Shown one piece after another: positions 30,972 to 41,993 of a stretch of DNA of 64,000 bases. The stretch's first letter is position 1. Every line of letters begins with the position of its first letter. The stretch spans positions 4,285-68,284 of the forward strand of contig CAYQBY010000004.1 in NCBI GenBank assembly GCA_964415865.1, given 5' to 3'. Both the position numbers and the translations under genes were made by a program. Under the pieces are notes generated by a model. That model searched no databases, was not told where the DNA came from, and saw only the letters and a program-made list of their open reading frames with translations. The stretch is from an uncultured Piscirickettsiaceae bacterium. Lineage in GTDB: Bacteria; Pseudomonadota; Gammaproteobacteria; GCF-002020875.

Positions 30972-32180
30972 ATGTTACTTAATATTGATAACGGATCAGA
31001 CCCAGTCCACCCATTTGCGCTTTTCCAGCTCGGGTTCCGCCCATTTTTTCTGGCTGCCTCACTCTATAGCATAGTTGCGATAATCCTCTGGACATTATCC
31101 TATAGCTTCCAGTGGCATCCGGAGGCTATCACACAATTTGGCAACCATTTTCTATGGCATGGTCATGAGATGGTGTTTGGTTATGGGGTAGCTGTCGCTG
31201 GAGGTTTTCTACTAACGGCAGCAATGAACTGGACCGGCGTCCAGACCATTCGCTTCACCCCTCTGGCACTCCTCTTCAGTCTATGGCTACTGGCCCGCAT
31301 ACTGCCATGGATTAGCGGCATCCCCCTGATTATCCCTGCCACACTTGATCTACTGTTTCTGTTGGCTCTTACAATCGCTATCACCCACCCACTATACAAA
31401 GCAAAACAATGGGATCAGGTTCGAATTTTTACCTCAAAATTCCTGACAATCTTTGCCTCAAACCTTATCTTCTATCTAGGCACATTCAAGGTGATTGACG
31501 GGGGAGAGCGCATCGGACTATACGGCGGCATCTATCTGATTATTGCACTACTACTCACCCTGGGAAGGCGCGTCTTTCCCTTCTTTATCGAAAAGGGTGT
31601 TGGAGTACCGCTAACACTGAAAAACTCAAAATCTCTTGATATCTCAAGTCTGGTGCTATTTCTGCTGTTTGCCCTGACCGATATCTTTCTGCCACAATTC
31701 TGGGGAGGCGGTCTGCTGGCAGCGGCCCTTGTGATTGTCCATGGCATACGTTTCAAGAACTGGTATACCAACCTTATATGGGACAAGCCACTTCTCTGGG
31801 TGTTGATGGTCGGCTATGGCTGGATAATCCTTGGGTTTCTCTTCAAGGCACTATCCACTTTTGGAGTAGTTCAGCCACTTATCGCACTCCATGCATTTAC
31901 ATACGGCGCCATTGGTATTATCACCATGGGCATGATGGCCCGGGTAATTCTTGGTCACACCGGAAGAAGTATCTTTAACCCCCCAAAGAGCCTGCATATA
32001 ATCTTTGGATTATTACTGGCAGGTGCTGTGGTTCGTGTACTACTACCACTGCTTATTCCTGAACAGTTTGTAACACTGGTACTGCTATCACAATTTTTCT
32101 GGGTTGCCTCATTCTCACTATTTTTGTGGAATTATGCAGTTATGCTGATAGTACCGAGAATAGATGGAAGACCAGGGTAG
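30972..32180 (+). CDS. nnrS: NnrS family membrane protein
   Basis: GFRPFFL, WHGHEMVFG, GFLLTA..NWTG, RVFPFF, MMARVILGHTGR. Confidence 0.92.
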   Translation: MLLNIDNGSDPVHPFALFQLGFRPFFLAASLYSIVAIILWTLSYSFQWHPEAITQFGNHFLWHGHEMVFGYGVAVAGGFLLTAAMNWTGVQTIRFTPLALLFSLWLLARILPWISGIPLIIPATLDLLFLLALTIAITHPLYKAKQWDQVRIFTSKFLTIFASNLIFYLGTFKVIDGGERIGLYGGIYLIIALLLTLGRRVFPFFIEKGVGVPLTLKNSKSLDISSLVLFLLFALTDIFLPQFWGGGLLAAALVIVHGIRFKNWYTNLIWDKPLLWVLMVGYGWIILGFLFKALSTFGVVQPLIALHAFTYGAIGIITMGMMARVILGHTGRSIFNPPKSLHIIFGLLLAGAVVRVLLPLLIPEQFVTLVLLSQFFWVASFSLFLWNYAVMLIVPRIDGRPG

Positions 32181-32223
32181 CCAACAGGATTAAGAACCTA
32201 ATTAAGGCTGTTACCTGCTGCTC

Positions 32224-32676
32224 TTACCATGGGGTAGGCATCATTCCCATTCTCATACTGTCGAAGTTTGGCATCACACCCGCTCCTTGGCGGCTCCGTC
32301 TTTGAGATGGTCTATTGAGTCCGTATTTCTGTTTCATCTTCTGCCTTTTGTATCGAGCCACTTCGTAACATCTCGACAACGAATCATCTGCCTCATCCGA
32401 GCGCTCAACACAACGGATCTCCTGTTCCAGCAGTGCCGTTTTCTCGATTGAGCGCGCTAACTTCTTCGCCAGAAATTTTACAATCTCTGCTTTTGATGGG
32501 CCTTGTGTCTCATCCTCTGAGCTCATCCCAATCTCTGTATCATCATGATATCCACTATCCACCACTGAGGATCGCCATGGGTTTTGATCACCAAATACAC
32601 TGTTGCGTGCATCGTCAGCGGCTGCTGAGGATGTCATCAATACTGCCAAGAGCAGTAGACTGAATTTATTTTGCAT
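32224..32676 (-). CDS. Secreted hypothetical protein
   Basis: Signal peptide, helical region with one Cys pair, Met-rich C-terminus. Confidence 0.65.
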   Translation of the reverse strand: MQNKFSLLLLAVLMTSSAAADDARNSVFGDQNPWRSSVVDSGYHDDTEIGMSSEDETQGPSKAEIVKFLAKKLARSIEKTALLEQEIRCVERSDEADDSLSRCYEVARYKRQKMKQKYGLNRPSQRRSRQGAGVMPNFDSMRMGMMPTPW

Positions 32677-32751
32677 AAGAGAACCTTGCTGTTAATTAAG
32701 TACACATATGGTCGCACAGTTTTGTTGCATATAACGGGATTATTCTGTGCA

Positions 32752-33720
32752 TCAGGTTTGGGCAGGGAAATGGTTAAATCCATCCTGGCCTGGAGTCCAT
32801 TCATCCTTTCCACTCCACTGCAGTTCACTACCAGCCTCTATCGTTCCAATTACAGATAGGTTAGATCCTGTATCTGTTATCTGTTTGGCTGCATCAGCAA
32901 ACAATGTTTCCGAGACGGTACAGCAAAGCTCATAGTCATCCCCTGCTGTCATTGCCAAATCAAATTTTTCTCTGGCAGCAAGCCCTGTAATGGCTGGATG
33001 CAGAGGGATAGAGTCCAGATTTATTATTGCCCCTACACTGCTCTGTTCAAGGATATGACTCAAGTCCGCCAATAGTCCATCAGATATATCTATCATTGAG
33101 GTAGCATAGTTGCGCAAAATAATGCCTGCCTCAACACGTGGGGTTGGACGATCCAGGTAATGGCTAATATGTTTCGCATCCCTTCCCTCTTGAATCTGCT
33201 GGAGTGCAAACCCTGCCGCACCCAGTGAATTGGTCACACAGATCAAATCTCCAGGTTTTGCGCCGCTTCTGCGCACAGCCTTACCCTCCGGTATCCAGCC
33301 ATGAATCTGCATAGTCATGGTAAGTGGTCCTCTGGTTGTATCACCACCGACAAGATCAATCTGATACTGGTCTGCCAGCGTAAACAGCCCCCTGGAGAAT
33401 TCACTCAACCACTCTCTACTGTTCTCAGGAATAGTAAGAGCCAGAGTTGCCCATACTGGATCCGCCCCCATTGCAGCCATATCACTCAGATTTATCGCAA
33501 GCAGTTTATGCCCCAGAGCCTCTGGATCTGTTCCCTGCAAAAAGTGAACCCCCTCCACCATGGTATCAATGGATACAACCAGCTGATTTCCCTTTGGAAT
33601 CTGTAGCAGAGATGCGTCATCTCCAATCCCAAGAGTAGTTTCGGGGTGATATTTCTCTGTTCTGTAGAAGCAGTCCCTGATCAGGGAGAACTCACCGCGA
33701 TCTTGGCTATTTTTTTTCAT
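32752..33720 (-). CDS. thiL: Thiamine-phosphate kinase
   Basis: GEFSLI, GIGDDA, NLSDMAAMGA, GGDTT, DISDGL, GDDYEL. Start uncertain (33720 or 33729). Confidence 0.96.
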   Translation of the reverse strand: MKKNSQDRGEFSLIRDCFYRTEKYHPETTLGIGDDASLLQIPKGNQLVVSIDTMVEGVHFLQGTDPEALGHKLLAINLSDMAAMGADPVWATLALTIPENSREWLSEFSRGLFTLADQYQIDLVGGDTTRGPLTMTMQIHGWIPEGKAVRRSGAKPGDLICVTNSLGAAGFALQQIQEGRDAKHISHYLDRPTPRVEAGIILRNYATSMIDISDGLLADLSHILEQSSVGAIINLDSIPLHPAITGLAAREKFDLAMTAGDDYELCCTVSETLFADAAKQITDTGSNLSVIGTIEAGSELQWSGKDEWTPGQDGFNHFPAQT

Positions 33721-34141
33721 GTGCCGCAATTTCTACCTTGCGGGATTCGCGTGCCACTCGATCGAGAGCTGCATTAATGAATTGATGACTCTTGGCCGAA
33801 CCAAATGTTTTAGAGAGATTAATGTACTCATTAAGCACCACTCTGTATGGAACATCCGGCATATATAACAGCTCATAGGTACCCAATCTAAGCAATGCCT
33901 TTTCAACAGGGTCTACCTGTTCAATTTTTCTGCTCAGATATGGTGAGACTGATTGATCAACAGATACCACCTCATCAACCAGCCCTTTGACCACTTCTTC
34001 AAAGAATAGATGATCGGCCCCCTCAAGAATTCCCTCTTCATGAAATTGAGAGATGATCTCAGCAGTAGGCTGCATAGATATAGACCACTGATAGAGTGCC
34101 TGAACTGCAGCACGCCTTGATCTGGAGCGTTCCTTGCTCAT
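33707..34141 (-). CDS. nusB: Transcription antitermination factor NusB
   Basis: RSRSRRAAVQALYQW, LRLGTYEL, FINAALD. Confidence 0.97.
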   Translation of the reverse strand: MSKERSRSRRAAVQALYQWSISMQPTAEIISQFHEEGILEGADHLFFEEVVKGLVDEVVSVDQSVSPYLSRKIEQVDPVEKALLRLGTYELLYMPDVPYRVVLNEYINLSKTFGSAKSHQFINAALDRVARESRKVEIAAHEKK

Positions 34142-34167
34142 TGTATTTTAGGAGAGAGGATACAAAT

Positions 34168-34638
34168 CTACAGCTGTTTCAACAGGTTGACCATCTCAAT
34201 AGCTGAGATTGCAGCCTCGGCACCCTTGTTGCCAGCCTTGGTTCCAGAACGCTCAATAGCCTGTTCAATTGTATCTACAGTCAATAGACCAAAGGTGATT
34301 GGAGTACTACTCTCCAGTGAGACGGTCGCCAACCCCTTGGTTGCCTCCCCTGCAACAAAATCAAAATGCGGGGTTCCACCACGAATAACAGCACCGATTG
34401 CAATAATTGCATCGTATCCCTCTTGTGCCATCTTCTGTGCAGCAATCGGCATCTCAAATGCGCCTGGAACCCTCACTACATGGATATCCTCGGCATTGGC
34501 TCCATTGCGAACCAGGGTATCAATTGCCCCTTCCAGTAGACTCTCCACCACAAAACTGTTGAAGCGGGCGACCACAATCCCAAAACGCCCACCATCTACA
34601 TTAAGATTTGCCTCAGTTACCTTTACATTGCTGTTCAT
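34168..34638 (-). CDS. ribH: 6,7-dimethyl-8-ribityllumazine synthase
   Basis: [28 protein letters not shown]. Confidence 0.98.
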   Translation of the reverse strand: MNSNVKVTEANLNVDGGRFGIVVARFNSFVVESLLEGAIDTLVRNGANAEDIHVVRVPGAFEMPIAAQKMAQEGYDAIIAIGAVIRGGTPHFDFVAGEATKGLATVSLESSTPITFGLLTVDTIEQAIERSGTKAGNKGAEAAISAIEMVNLLKQL

Positions 34639-34659
34639 ATTTTTTCCTCTATTTAATTA

Positions 34660-35763
34660 TCAGTAGGATACCGTCTCAACCAGCTCAAGTCCAAACCCGG
34701 AGAGGGCATGCAGTTTTCTGGGAGTACCCAAGACACGCATTTTTCTCACCCCAAGATCGAGCAGGATCTGTGCGCCAACACCAAAGTCACGCAGTTCACC
34801 TGTCGGTTTTGTGCTGTCTGACTGACTACCCTGCTGGTGATTTCTGATGCGTTCAATCAGATCACGTCCATCCTCCTCCTTGCGGAGCAGAAGCAGAACA
34901 CCGTTCTCTTCCTCGGAAACTCTCTGCATATCTCGTTCCAGAGTGTGTCCACACCCCTCCCCATCCACAGAAAAGAGATCACATAACGTATCCAGCATAT
35001 GCACACGAACCAGAACCGGAGTCTCAGGATCAACCTCTCCCTTCACCAAAGCCAGATGGACCTCACCATCAATTGATTCACGGTAGGCCTTGATATGAAA
35101 TGAACCATACTTGGTTTCAAGATCACTCTCGACCTCTGCCTCAACCGTTTTTTCATTACGAATTCTATGCTCAATAAGGTCAGCTACAGTTCCCAGCTTT
35201 AACCCATGTTCCTGGGCAAAGACCTCAAGATCGGGACGACGTGCCATGGTGCCATCTTCATTGAGAATCTCAACAATCACTGAGGATGGCTCAAGCCCAG
35301 CCATTCTGGCAAGATCACAACCTGCCTCTGTATGCCCTGCACGAGTCAACACCCCACCAGGTTGTGCCATCAATGGAAATACGTGTCCCGGCATCACAAT
35401 ATCATCTGCAGTTGCATCAGGTGCTGTTGCTGCCTGCACTGTGACTGCACGATCAGCCGCTGAAATGCCAGTAGTTACCCCTCTAGCTGCCTCAATTGAG
35501 ACAGTAAAGTTGGTGCCATGCAGATCACTATTTGTGCCCGTTACCATTAACGGAAGATTTAACTGTTCACAACGATCACGAGTGAGCGTCAGACAGATCA
35601 AACCACGGCCATAACGGGCCATGAAATTAACATCCTCTGCAGTTGCCTTGGCTGCAGCCATAATCAGATCGCCTTCATTCTCACGATCCTCATCATCCAT
35701 CAGTACAACCATTTTGCCCTGACGTATATCTTCAATAATCTCTTCTGGACTGTTCAGTTCCAT
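34660..35763 (-). CDS. ribB: DHBP synthase fused to a degenerate GTP cyclohydrolase II-like domain (RibBX type)
   Basis: DDEDRENEGD, GITTGIS-like TTGISAADR, RAGHTEA. C-terminal domain lacks the HSEC/CDC zinc motif. Confidence 0.93.
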   Translation of the reverse strand: MELNSPEEIIEDIRQGKMVVLMDDEDRENEGDLIMAAAKATAEDVNFMARYGRGLICLTLTRDRCEQLNLPLMVTGTNSDLHGTNFTVSIEAARGVTTGISAADRAVTVQAATAPDATADDIVMPGHVFPLMAQPGGVLTRAGHTEAGCDLARMAGLEPSSVIVEILNEDGTMARRPDLEVFAQEHGLKLGTVADLIEHRIRNEKTVEAEVESDLETKYGSFHIKAYRESIDGEVHLALVKGEVDPETPVLVRVHMLDTLCDLFSVDGEGCGHTLERDMQRVSEEENGVLLLLRKEEDGRDLIERIRNHQQGSQSDSTKPTGELRDFGVGAQILLDLGVRKMRVLGTPRKLHALSGFGLELVETVSY

Positions 35764-35779
35764 TATTCTGTTCTACCTG

Positions 35780-36442
35780 TTATTTTCCTAGAAACCCATT
35801 TTCAGCAAGAAACTCCATACTGATTCCCTCTACCCCTGACTCTGCCGCACGATCCCCCAGCATCATCCTCTCCAGATAACGGGCAATCAGATCCACCTCA
35901 AGATTAACCCTTGTACCCGTCTGAAAACTCTCCATCGTAGTTTCCTGCAGGGTATGAGGGACAATATTGAGATCAAATATAGCTCCATCCACACCATTTA
36001 CTGTAAGACTGATACCGTTGACCGTAATTGAACCCTTCTCAGCTATATAGCGAGCCAACTCATCTGGTGCTTTTATCTGGAAATGAACTGAACGCCCATC
36101 ATCCGAGCGACTTGTTACCTCACCCACGCCATCTACATGACCACTCACCATGTGCCCCCCAAGACGGGTGGTTGGTGTTAGTGCCTTTTCAAGATTCACT
36201 GCTGATCCAGCCTTTAGCTGGGAAAATGCAGTACGTGACAAGGTTTCACCAGATACATCTGCCACAAATCCATTCCCTGGCAGTTCTACAGCAGTCAGAC
36301 AGACGCCATTAACGGCAATACTATCCCCAAGCTGCACATCATCCAGATTCAGTTTTCCTGTTTCGACAAAAATTCTGGCATCACTCCCTTTGGGTTCAAT
36401 GCGTGAAATATGCCCTATTGACTCTATAATTCCTGTAAACAT
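35780..36442 (-). CDS. ribE: Riboflavin synthase alpha chain
   Basis: MFTGII start, GDSIAVNGVCLT, GGHMVSGHVDG. Start placed at MFTG; ORF track start is 36451. Confidence 0.97.
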   Translation of the reverse strand: MFTGIIESIGHISRIEPKGSDARIFVETGKLNLDDVQLGDSIAVNGVCLTAVELPGNGFVADVSGETLSRTAFSQLKAGSAVNLEKALTPTTRLGGHMVSGHVDGVGEVTSRSDDGRSVHFQIKAPDELARYIAEKGSITVNGISLTVNGVDGAIFDLNIVPHTLQETTMESFQTGTRVNLEVDLIARYLERMMLGDRAAESGVEGISMEFLAENGFLGK

Positions 36443-36458
36443 AACCGTCAAGGATACC

Positions 36459-37562
36459 TTAATGAGCTGTTAACGTCATTCTGAGATCATCACCAACCAT
36501 CCTGATATCCTTAATTTTTAACGATATTTTCTCACTCATCTGCTGTAGAGGAAGGTCGAACAGAGGGCGGGCATCGCTTCCCATGAGTATTGGTGCTGTA
36601 TACAGCACAACCTCATCAACCAGCCGGTGCTGCATAAGAGCTCCCGCAAGAGTTGCTCCGGCCTCCACATGGAGCTCGTTGATTTCAAGCTCTGCCAGCT
36701 GATGCATAAGCTGCTGAAGATTCAGCCCATGTTCAGAGCGATCCACTCTTATTATTCTTAGGTTTTCACTGGCTGGCCAATCAGAAGGAATGGTGGTTTC
36801 GGTTGCAATGGCCATGATGATGTCTCCGTCAGTGGAGAACAATTTAGCCGATGATGGTGTCTTTCCATCAGGATCAAGCACCACTCGTACAGGCAGTATG
36901 AACTCACCACTAAACTCTCGTACATTCAGGGATGGATCATCGACCAGTATCGTTCCAACACCAGTCAGAATTGCCGAGCTCCGTGCACGCAGCAACTGCA
37001 CATCCTTACGGGCATCTACTCCAGTAATCCATTTGCTCTCTCCTGATGACATGGCGGTACGGCCATCCATACTCATTGCCATTTTTACTCGAACGAATGG
37101 ACGTCTATTTCGCATTCGCGCCAGAAAACCTGGATTCAACTGCTCTGTACCCCCAGGAAGCAGTCCACTTTGAACATCAATGCCCGCCACTGCCATCTCC
37201 CTGATGCCATCTCCTGATACCTCAGGGTTCGGGTCCTCCAGTGCAACCACTACACGTGACACACCAGAATCAATCAGGGCCTTGCTGCATGGTGGGGTCT
37301 TGCCAAAATGGCTACATGGCTCCAGAGTAACGTAGGCTGTTGCTCCCCTGGCAGAGTCTCCGGCCTGATTGAGCGCATTGATCTCGGCATGCGGACCTCC
37401 TGCATGCTTATGGAATCCCTCACCCACAACAACCCCATCACGCACCAGCACACATCCAACACGGGGGTTGGGATCAGTTGTATAGAGCCCCAACTCTGCC
37501 AGTTTGTGGGCATGCGCCATCCAGCTGTAATCTTCCGAACTAAAAACCGTGCTACTACTCAT
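36459..37562 (-). CDS. ribD: Riboflavin biosynthesis deaminase/reductase
   Basis: PNPRVG, HAE, TLEPCSHFGKTPPC, SMDGRTA. Confidence 0.97.
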   Translation of the reverse strand: MSSSTVFSSEDYSWMAHAHKLAELGLYTTDPNPRVGCVLVRDGVVVGEGFHKHAGGPHAEINALNQAGDSARGATAYVTLEPCSHFGKTPPCSKALIDSGVSRVVVALEDPNPEVSGDGIREMAVAGIDVQSGLLPGGTEQLNPGFLARMRNRRPFVRVKMAMSMDGRTAMSSGESKWITGVDARKDVQLLRARSSAILTGVGTILVDDPSLNVREFSGEFILPVRVVLDPDGKTPSSAKLFSTDGDIIMAIATETTIPSDWPASENLRIIRVDRSEHGLNLQQLMHQLAELEINELHVEAGATLAGALMQHRLVDEVVLYTAPILMGSDARPLFDLPLQQMSEKISLKIKDIRMVGDDLRMTLTAH

Positions 37563-37572
37563 CTGTTATGAA

Positions 37573-38109
37573 TTACTTCTTCTTTCCATCATTATGGAGT
37601 GGATCTCTGTTTTCACCAGTCAGCAGCTGTAGTTGCAGATCATTTTTTCCCAATTTGGTTTCATGCTCCATACGCTCCACCATCTCACGAAAGGCATTAA
37701 CATCCTGAAAGCTTCGATAGACAGAGGCAAAACGGATATACCCCACCTCATCGAGATTACGCAACTCATCCATCACCCACTCTCCCAGCTCACGGGACTG
37801 CACTTCGCGTTCACCTCTGGTAATCAGGCGATGTCTGATCCTCTCAATGGCTGCATCAATACTCTCGGTCTCAACCGGACGTTTTTCCAGTGCACGAAGA
37901 AACCCTCTGCGCAACCTCTCCTCATCAAATGGCTGACGATTGCCATCATTCTTGATAATTCTTGGGGTCGCCAGATCCACAACCTCAAAGGTTGTGAAGC
38001 GCTCACTACAGGCCTGACACTCTCTACGCCTGCGCACCTGATCCCCCTCTCCGACCAGGCGAGAGTCAACCACACGAGTATCTTCCGCTCCACAAAATGG
38101 ACACCTCAT
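37573..38109 (-). CDS. nrdR: Transcriptional repressor NrdR
   Basis: MRCPFC, RRRREC..C..RFTTFE, ATP cone, YIRFASVY; C-terminal extension. Confidence 0.97.
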   Translation of the reverse strand: MRCPFCGAEDTRVVDSRLVGEGDQVRRRRECQACSERFTTFEVVDLATPRIIKNDGNRQPFDEERLRRGFLRALEKRPVETESIDAAIERIRHRLITRGEREVQSRELGEWVMDELRNLDEVGYIRFASVYRSFQDVNAFREMVERMEHETKLGKNDLQLQLLTGENRDPLHNDGKKK

Positions 38110-38148
38110 TCTAGTACCCCCCCAGGGTAGAGATAATCTGTCAGCTCT

Positions 38149-39402
38149 TTACCCGTACACAGGAAAACGTGCACATAGATCCAGAACCTTCTGTTTTACA
38201 CTATCAATGGTTTCCTGATTAGTCACATCATCCATTACATCACACATCCACTCTGCAAGTTCAGTTGCCTCAGCCTCACCAAACCCTCGTGTAGTAATTG
38301 CAGGGGTTCCGACACGAATACCGCTGGTAACAAATGGGGACTGTGGATCATTGGGGACAGCATTCTTGTTTACGGTGATATTGGCCGCTCCAAGGGCAGC
38401 ATCCGCCTCTTTTCCTGTAATACCTTTCTTGATGAGATCAACCAGGAATAGATGGTTATCTGTTCCTCCGGAGACCACATCATAGTCATGAGTCAAGAAC
38501 ACCTTGGCCATTGCCTGTGCATTCAGTTTTACCTGGTGCTGATAGCTCTTGAACGATGGGTCCAGCGCCTCCTTGAATGCAACAGCCTTGGCAGCAATAA
38601 CATGCATCAGTGGACCACCCTGAGTCCCTGGAAAAACCAGTGAATTAAGTTTCTTCTCAATCTCCGGATTTGATTTGGCAAGAATGATTCCACCACGAGG
38701 GCCACGCAATGTCTTATGGGTGGTTGTGGTAGTTACATCTGCAATCTGTACTGGACTTGGATACTCATCTGCAGCAATAAGACCGGCAACATGCGCCATA
38801 TCAACAAACAGATAGGCTCCAATCTCATCTGCAATCTTGCGGAAACGTCCCCAATCAACCTCTCTGGAGTAGGCAGAAAAACCGGCCACAATCATTTTTG
38901 GTTTATGCTCACGAGCCAGTGACTCCATCTCCTCATAATCCAACAACCCTGTATCGTTGTTAAGACCGTACTGAACAGCATTGTAGATTTTGCCTGAGAA
39001 GTTTGGTTTTGCTCCGTGAGTCAGATGTCCGCCTGCATCAAGGCTCATTCCCAGAATAGTGTCCCCTGGAAGACATAATGCCTGATAGACAGCAGCATTT
39101 GCCTGTGAGCCTGAGTGAGGCTGCACATTTGCATAATCGGCACCGAACAGCTCCTTGGCACGATCAATTGCCAGTTGCTCAGCAATATCAACGTACTCAC
39201 AGCCACCGTAGTAGCGTTTTCCTGGATACCCTTCTGCATATTTATTGGTCAGCTGAGATCCTTGTGCCTCCATAACCCGAGGGCTTGCGTAGTTCTCAGA
39301 GGCAATCAGTTCAATATGCTCTTCCTGTCGACGCTCCTCATTCTGCATCGCACTCCAGAGCTCATCATCAAATCCTGCAACTGTCATATCCTTTGAAAAC
39401 AT
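38149..39402 (-). CDS. glyA: Serine hydroxymethyltransferase
   Basis: [33 protein letters not shown]. Confidence 0.99.
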   Translation of the reverse strand: MFSKDMTVAGFDDELWSAMQNEERRQEEHIELIASENYASPRVMEAQGSQLTNKYAEGYPGKRYYGGCEYVDIAEQLAIDRAKELFGADYANVQPHSGSQANAAVYQALCLPGDTILGMSLDAGGHLTHGAKPNFSGKIYNAVQYGLNNDTGLLDYEEMESLAREHKPKMIVAGFSAYSREVDWGRFRKIADEIGAYLFVDMAHVAGLIAADEYPSPVQIADVTTTTTHKTLRGPRGGIILAKSNPEIEKKLNSLVFPGTQGGPLMHVIAAKAVAFKEALDPSFKSYQHQVKLNAQAMAKVFLTHDYDVVSGGTDNHLFLVDLIKKGITGKEADAALGAANITVNKNAVPNDPQSPFVTSGIRVGTPAITTRGFGEAEATELAEWMCDVMDDVTNQETIDSVKQKVLDLCARFPVYG

Positions 39403-39673
39403 CTACCAATCCTTTAATACATAAAAAGTGAACATAATCGCTCATTTTACCACATCAAATAGACCACCTTGCGGTCAAAAAAGTGCTATCCCTACCCCTA
39501 AATTGTAAAATACCTGTTGACTATTTTAGTATTAAATAATATACTCATACGTCTTGGGGTTTTACCTCCAATCCATGTTTCACGGATGATCGTTGCACAG
39601 GGACGTGCACTTTTACTTTCTCTGTTTACATTCGTTATACTCCCCGCCCCGCAACAATAGAGTTGGAGTAATA

Positions 39674-41341
39674 ATGGCTCAATTCATCTACACCATGAAC
39701 CGCGTCGGCAAGATTGTGCCTGGCGGTCGAGAAATCCTAAAAGATATATCTCTCTCATTTTTCCCTGGCGCAAAAATTGGCGTACTAGGACTAAATGGCG
39801 CCGGAAAATCTACCCTGCTCAAAATCATGGCGGGACTGGATAGCGAGATTGAGGGGGAAGCTCGCCCACAAGCGGGAATAAAAATTGGATATCTCCCTCA
39901 GGAGCCACAACTTGACCCCGCCAAGGATGTCCGTGGAAATGTAGAGGAGGGAGTCGCCGAAACCAAGGCTCTGATAGACCGCTTCAATGAGGTGAGCGCA
40001 GGGTTTGCCGATCCTGATGCTGACTTTGATGCCCTACTTGCTGAGCAGGCTGAACTTCAGGACAAGATCGACTCTGCCGGAGCATGGGAACTGGATCGTA
40101 AGCTGGAGATTGCTGCAGATGCACTTCGTCTTCCTCCATGGGAGTCTGATGTCACCAAGCTTTCAGGAGGTGAGCGTCGCCGGGTTGCTCTCTGCCGCCT
40201 ACTACTCTCAAACCCTGACATGCTATTACTGGATGAGCCAACCAACCATCTGGATGCGGAATCCATCGCCTGGCTTGAACGATTCCTCCATGATTTTCCT
40301 GGAACTGTGGTTGCCATTACCCATGACCGCTATTTTCTGGATAATGTTGCTGGCTGGATTCTGGAACTGGATCGTGGACGCGGCATTCCATGGGAAGGAA
40401 ACTACTCATCATGGCTGGAACAGAAACAGAATCGACTGCAGATGGAAGAGAAGCAGGAGAGTGCGCGCCAGAAGACCATGAAGGAGGAGTTGGAGTGGAT
40501 TCGCTCCAACCAAAAAGGTCGTCACGCCAAGAGTAAAGCTCGTATTGCCCGCTTTGATGAGCTCTCTTCTCATGATGCACAGGCTCGGAACGAGACTCAT
40601 GAGATATATATACCACCTGGCCCCAGACTGGGTGACCTGGTAATCGAAGGAACAGGCATCAGCAAGGGATTTGGTGATCGTCTACTGGTTGATGAGCTTA
40701 ACTTCAATCTTCCTCCCGGCGGTATTGTAGGAATTATCGGCCCAAATGGCGCAGGTAAAACCACCCTTTTCAGAATGCTGACTGGAGATGAGAAACCAGA
40801 TGCTGGAGAGATCAAAATTGGTGAGACAGTAAAACTCTCTCATGTTGATCAGAGTCGTGATGCACTAGACTCCAAACAGACCGTATGGGAAGCCATCTCT
40901 GATGGGCAGGAGATTCTGCGGATTGGTGGCTACGAAACCAACTCCCGAGCCTATGTCTCTCGCTTCAATTTCCGTGGCGGTGACCAACAGAAACAGGTTG
41001 GTGACCTCTCTGGTGGTGAACGAAATCGTGTACATCTGGCCAAATTACTACAGAGTGGTGGCAACGTACTACTGCTTGATGAGCCCACAAATGATCTTGA
41101 TGTTGAGACCCTGCGCGCACTGGAGGAGGCTCTGCTGGCATTCCCTGGTTGTGCGGTGGTGATCTCACACGATCGATGGTTCCTGGATCGTATTGCCACC
41201 CATATGCTCGCCTTTGAGGGTGACAGCAACGTGGTCTGGTTTGAGGGCAACTATGCTGATTACGAAAAGGACCGCAAGAGACGACTGGGTGCTGATGCAG
41301 ATCAACCACACAGGATTAAATATCGTCCGATATCAAAATGA
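39674..41341 (+). CDS. ettA: Energy-dependent translational throttle A (ABC-F)
   Basis: MAQFIYTM start at 39674 with GGAG RBS; two ABC domains; 555 aa. Confidence 0.97.
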   Translation: MAQFIYTMNRVGKIVPGGREILKDISLSFFPGAKIGVLGLNGAGKSTLLKIMAGLDSEIEGEARPQAGIKIGYLPQEPQLDPAKDVRGNVEEGVAETKALIDRFNEVSAGFADPDADFDALLAEQAELQDKIDSAGAWELDRKLEIAADALRLPPWESDVTKLSGGERRRVALCRLLLSNPDMLLLDEPTNHLDAESIAWLERFLHDFPGTVVAITHDRYFLDNVAGWILELDRGRGIPWEGNYSSWLEQKQNRLQMEEKQESARQKTMKEELEWIRSNQKGRHAKSKARIARFDELSSHDAQARNETHEIYIPPGPRLGDLVIEGTGISKGFGDRLLVDELNFNLPPGGIVGIIGPNGAGKTTLFRMLTGDEKPDAGEIKIGETVKLSHVDQSRDALDSKQTVWEAISDGQEILRIGGYETNSRAYVSRFNFRGGDQQKQVGDLSGGERNRVHLAKLLQSGGNVLLLDEPTNDLDVETLRALEEALLAFPGCAVVISHDRWFLDRIATHMLAFEGDSNVVWFEGNYADYEKDRKRRLGADADQPHRIKYRPISK

Positions 41342-41412
41342 ACTAAATGGTAGCTTCTGGTACGCTGACTCAGCACACCAAAATCCACCAACAATAGAGA
41401 TGGAAGAGAGCC

Positions 41413-41982
41413 ATGCCAAAAGCATCAGAACTAAAACGTGGAATGATAGTAGAGATTAACGGTACACCACATGCGGTAAAAACTGTTGAGTCAAAAAGCC
41501 CCTCCTCTCGTGGAGCTTCAACACTATACAAGATACGTTTCACCAATCTTCAGAGCGGGCAGAAACTGGATGAGTCATTCAAGAGTGATGATCTGTTAAA
41601 GGATGCTGATTGCCTAAAAAGATCAGTTCAATACTCATACAGTGATGGTGAAAATTATGTGTTTATGGATCAGGAAGACTATTCCCAGTATGAGGTCAAC
41701 AGCAATGATCTGTCAGAGCAATCCGGATATATGATCGAGGGAATGGATGGAATTACCGTCCTCATCTCTGATGACAAAGTGCTCGGCATTGAACTCCCTC
41801 AGACTGTCACTCTGACTATTACGGAAACTGCCCCAGGAATAAAAGGGGCCACTGCAACTGGACGCACCAAACCGGCACAGCTATCTACCGGAATAGAAAT
41901 TCAGGTTCCTGAGTACCTGGAGAGTGGAGAGGAGATCAAGGTACATACTGGAACAGGCAAGTTTATCTCCCGAGCCAAGTAG
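41413..41982 (+). CDS. efpL: Elongation factor P-like protein EfpL (YeiP)
   Basis: MPKASELKRG start, tip loop SPSSRGA, TGRTKPA, QVPEYL. Confidence 0.92.
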   Translation: MPKASELKRGMIVEINGTPHAVKTVESKSPSSRGASTLYKIRFTNLQSGQKLDESFKSDDLLKDADCLKRSVQYSYSDGENYVFMDQEDYSQYEVNSNDLSEQSGYMIEGMDGITVLISDDKVLGIELPQTVTLTITETAPGIKGATATGRTKPAQLSTGIEIQVPEYLESGEEIKVHTGTGKFISRAK

Positions 41983-41993
41983 GGTTTGCCTAT

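Noticed and set aside
39594-39609. NtrC-like TGCAC..GTGCA dyad between glyA and ettA
   Set aside because: The spacer is 6 nt rather than 7, and no sigma54 promoter was seen nearby.
39593-39673. 27-aa N-terminal extension of EttA
   Set aside because: The ATG at 39674 has an RBS and gives the canonical 555-aa protein.
39403-39673. ZTP riboswitch upstream of glyA
   Set aside because: None of the conserved ZTP aptamer motifs are visible on the minus strand.
41413-41982. EF-P paralog with Arg at the loop tip
   Set aside because: This is the known EfpL/YeiP subfamily, not novel.
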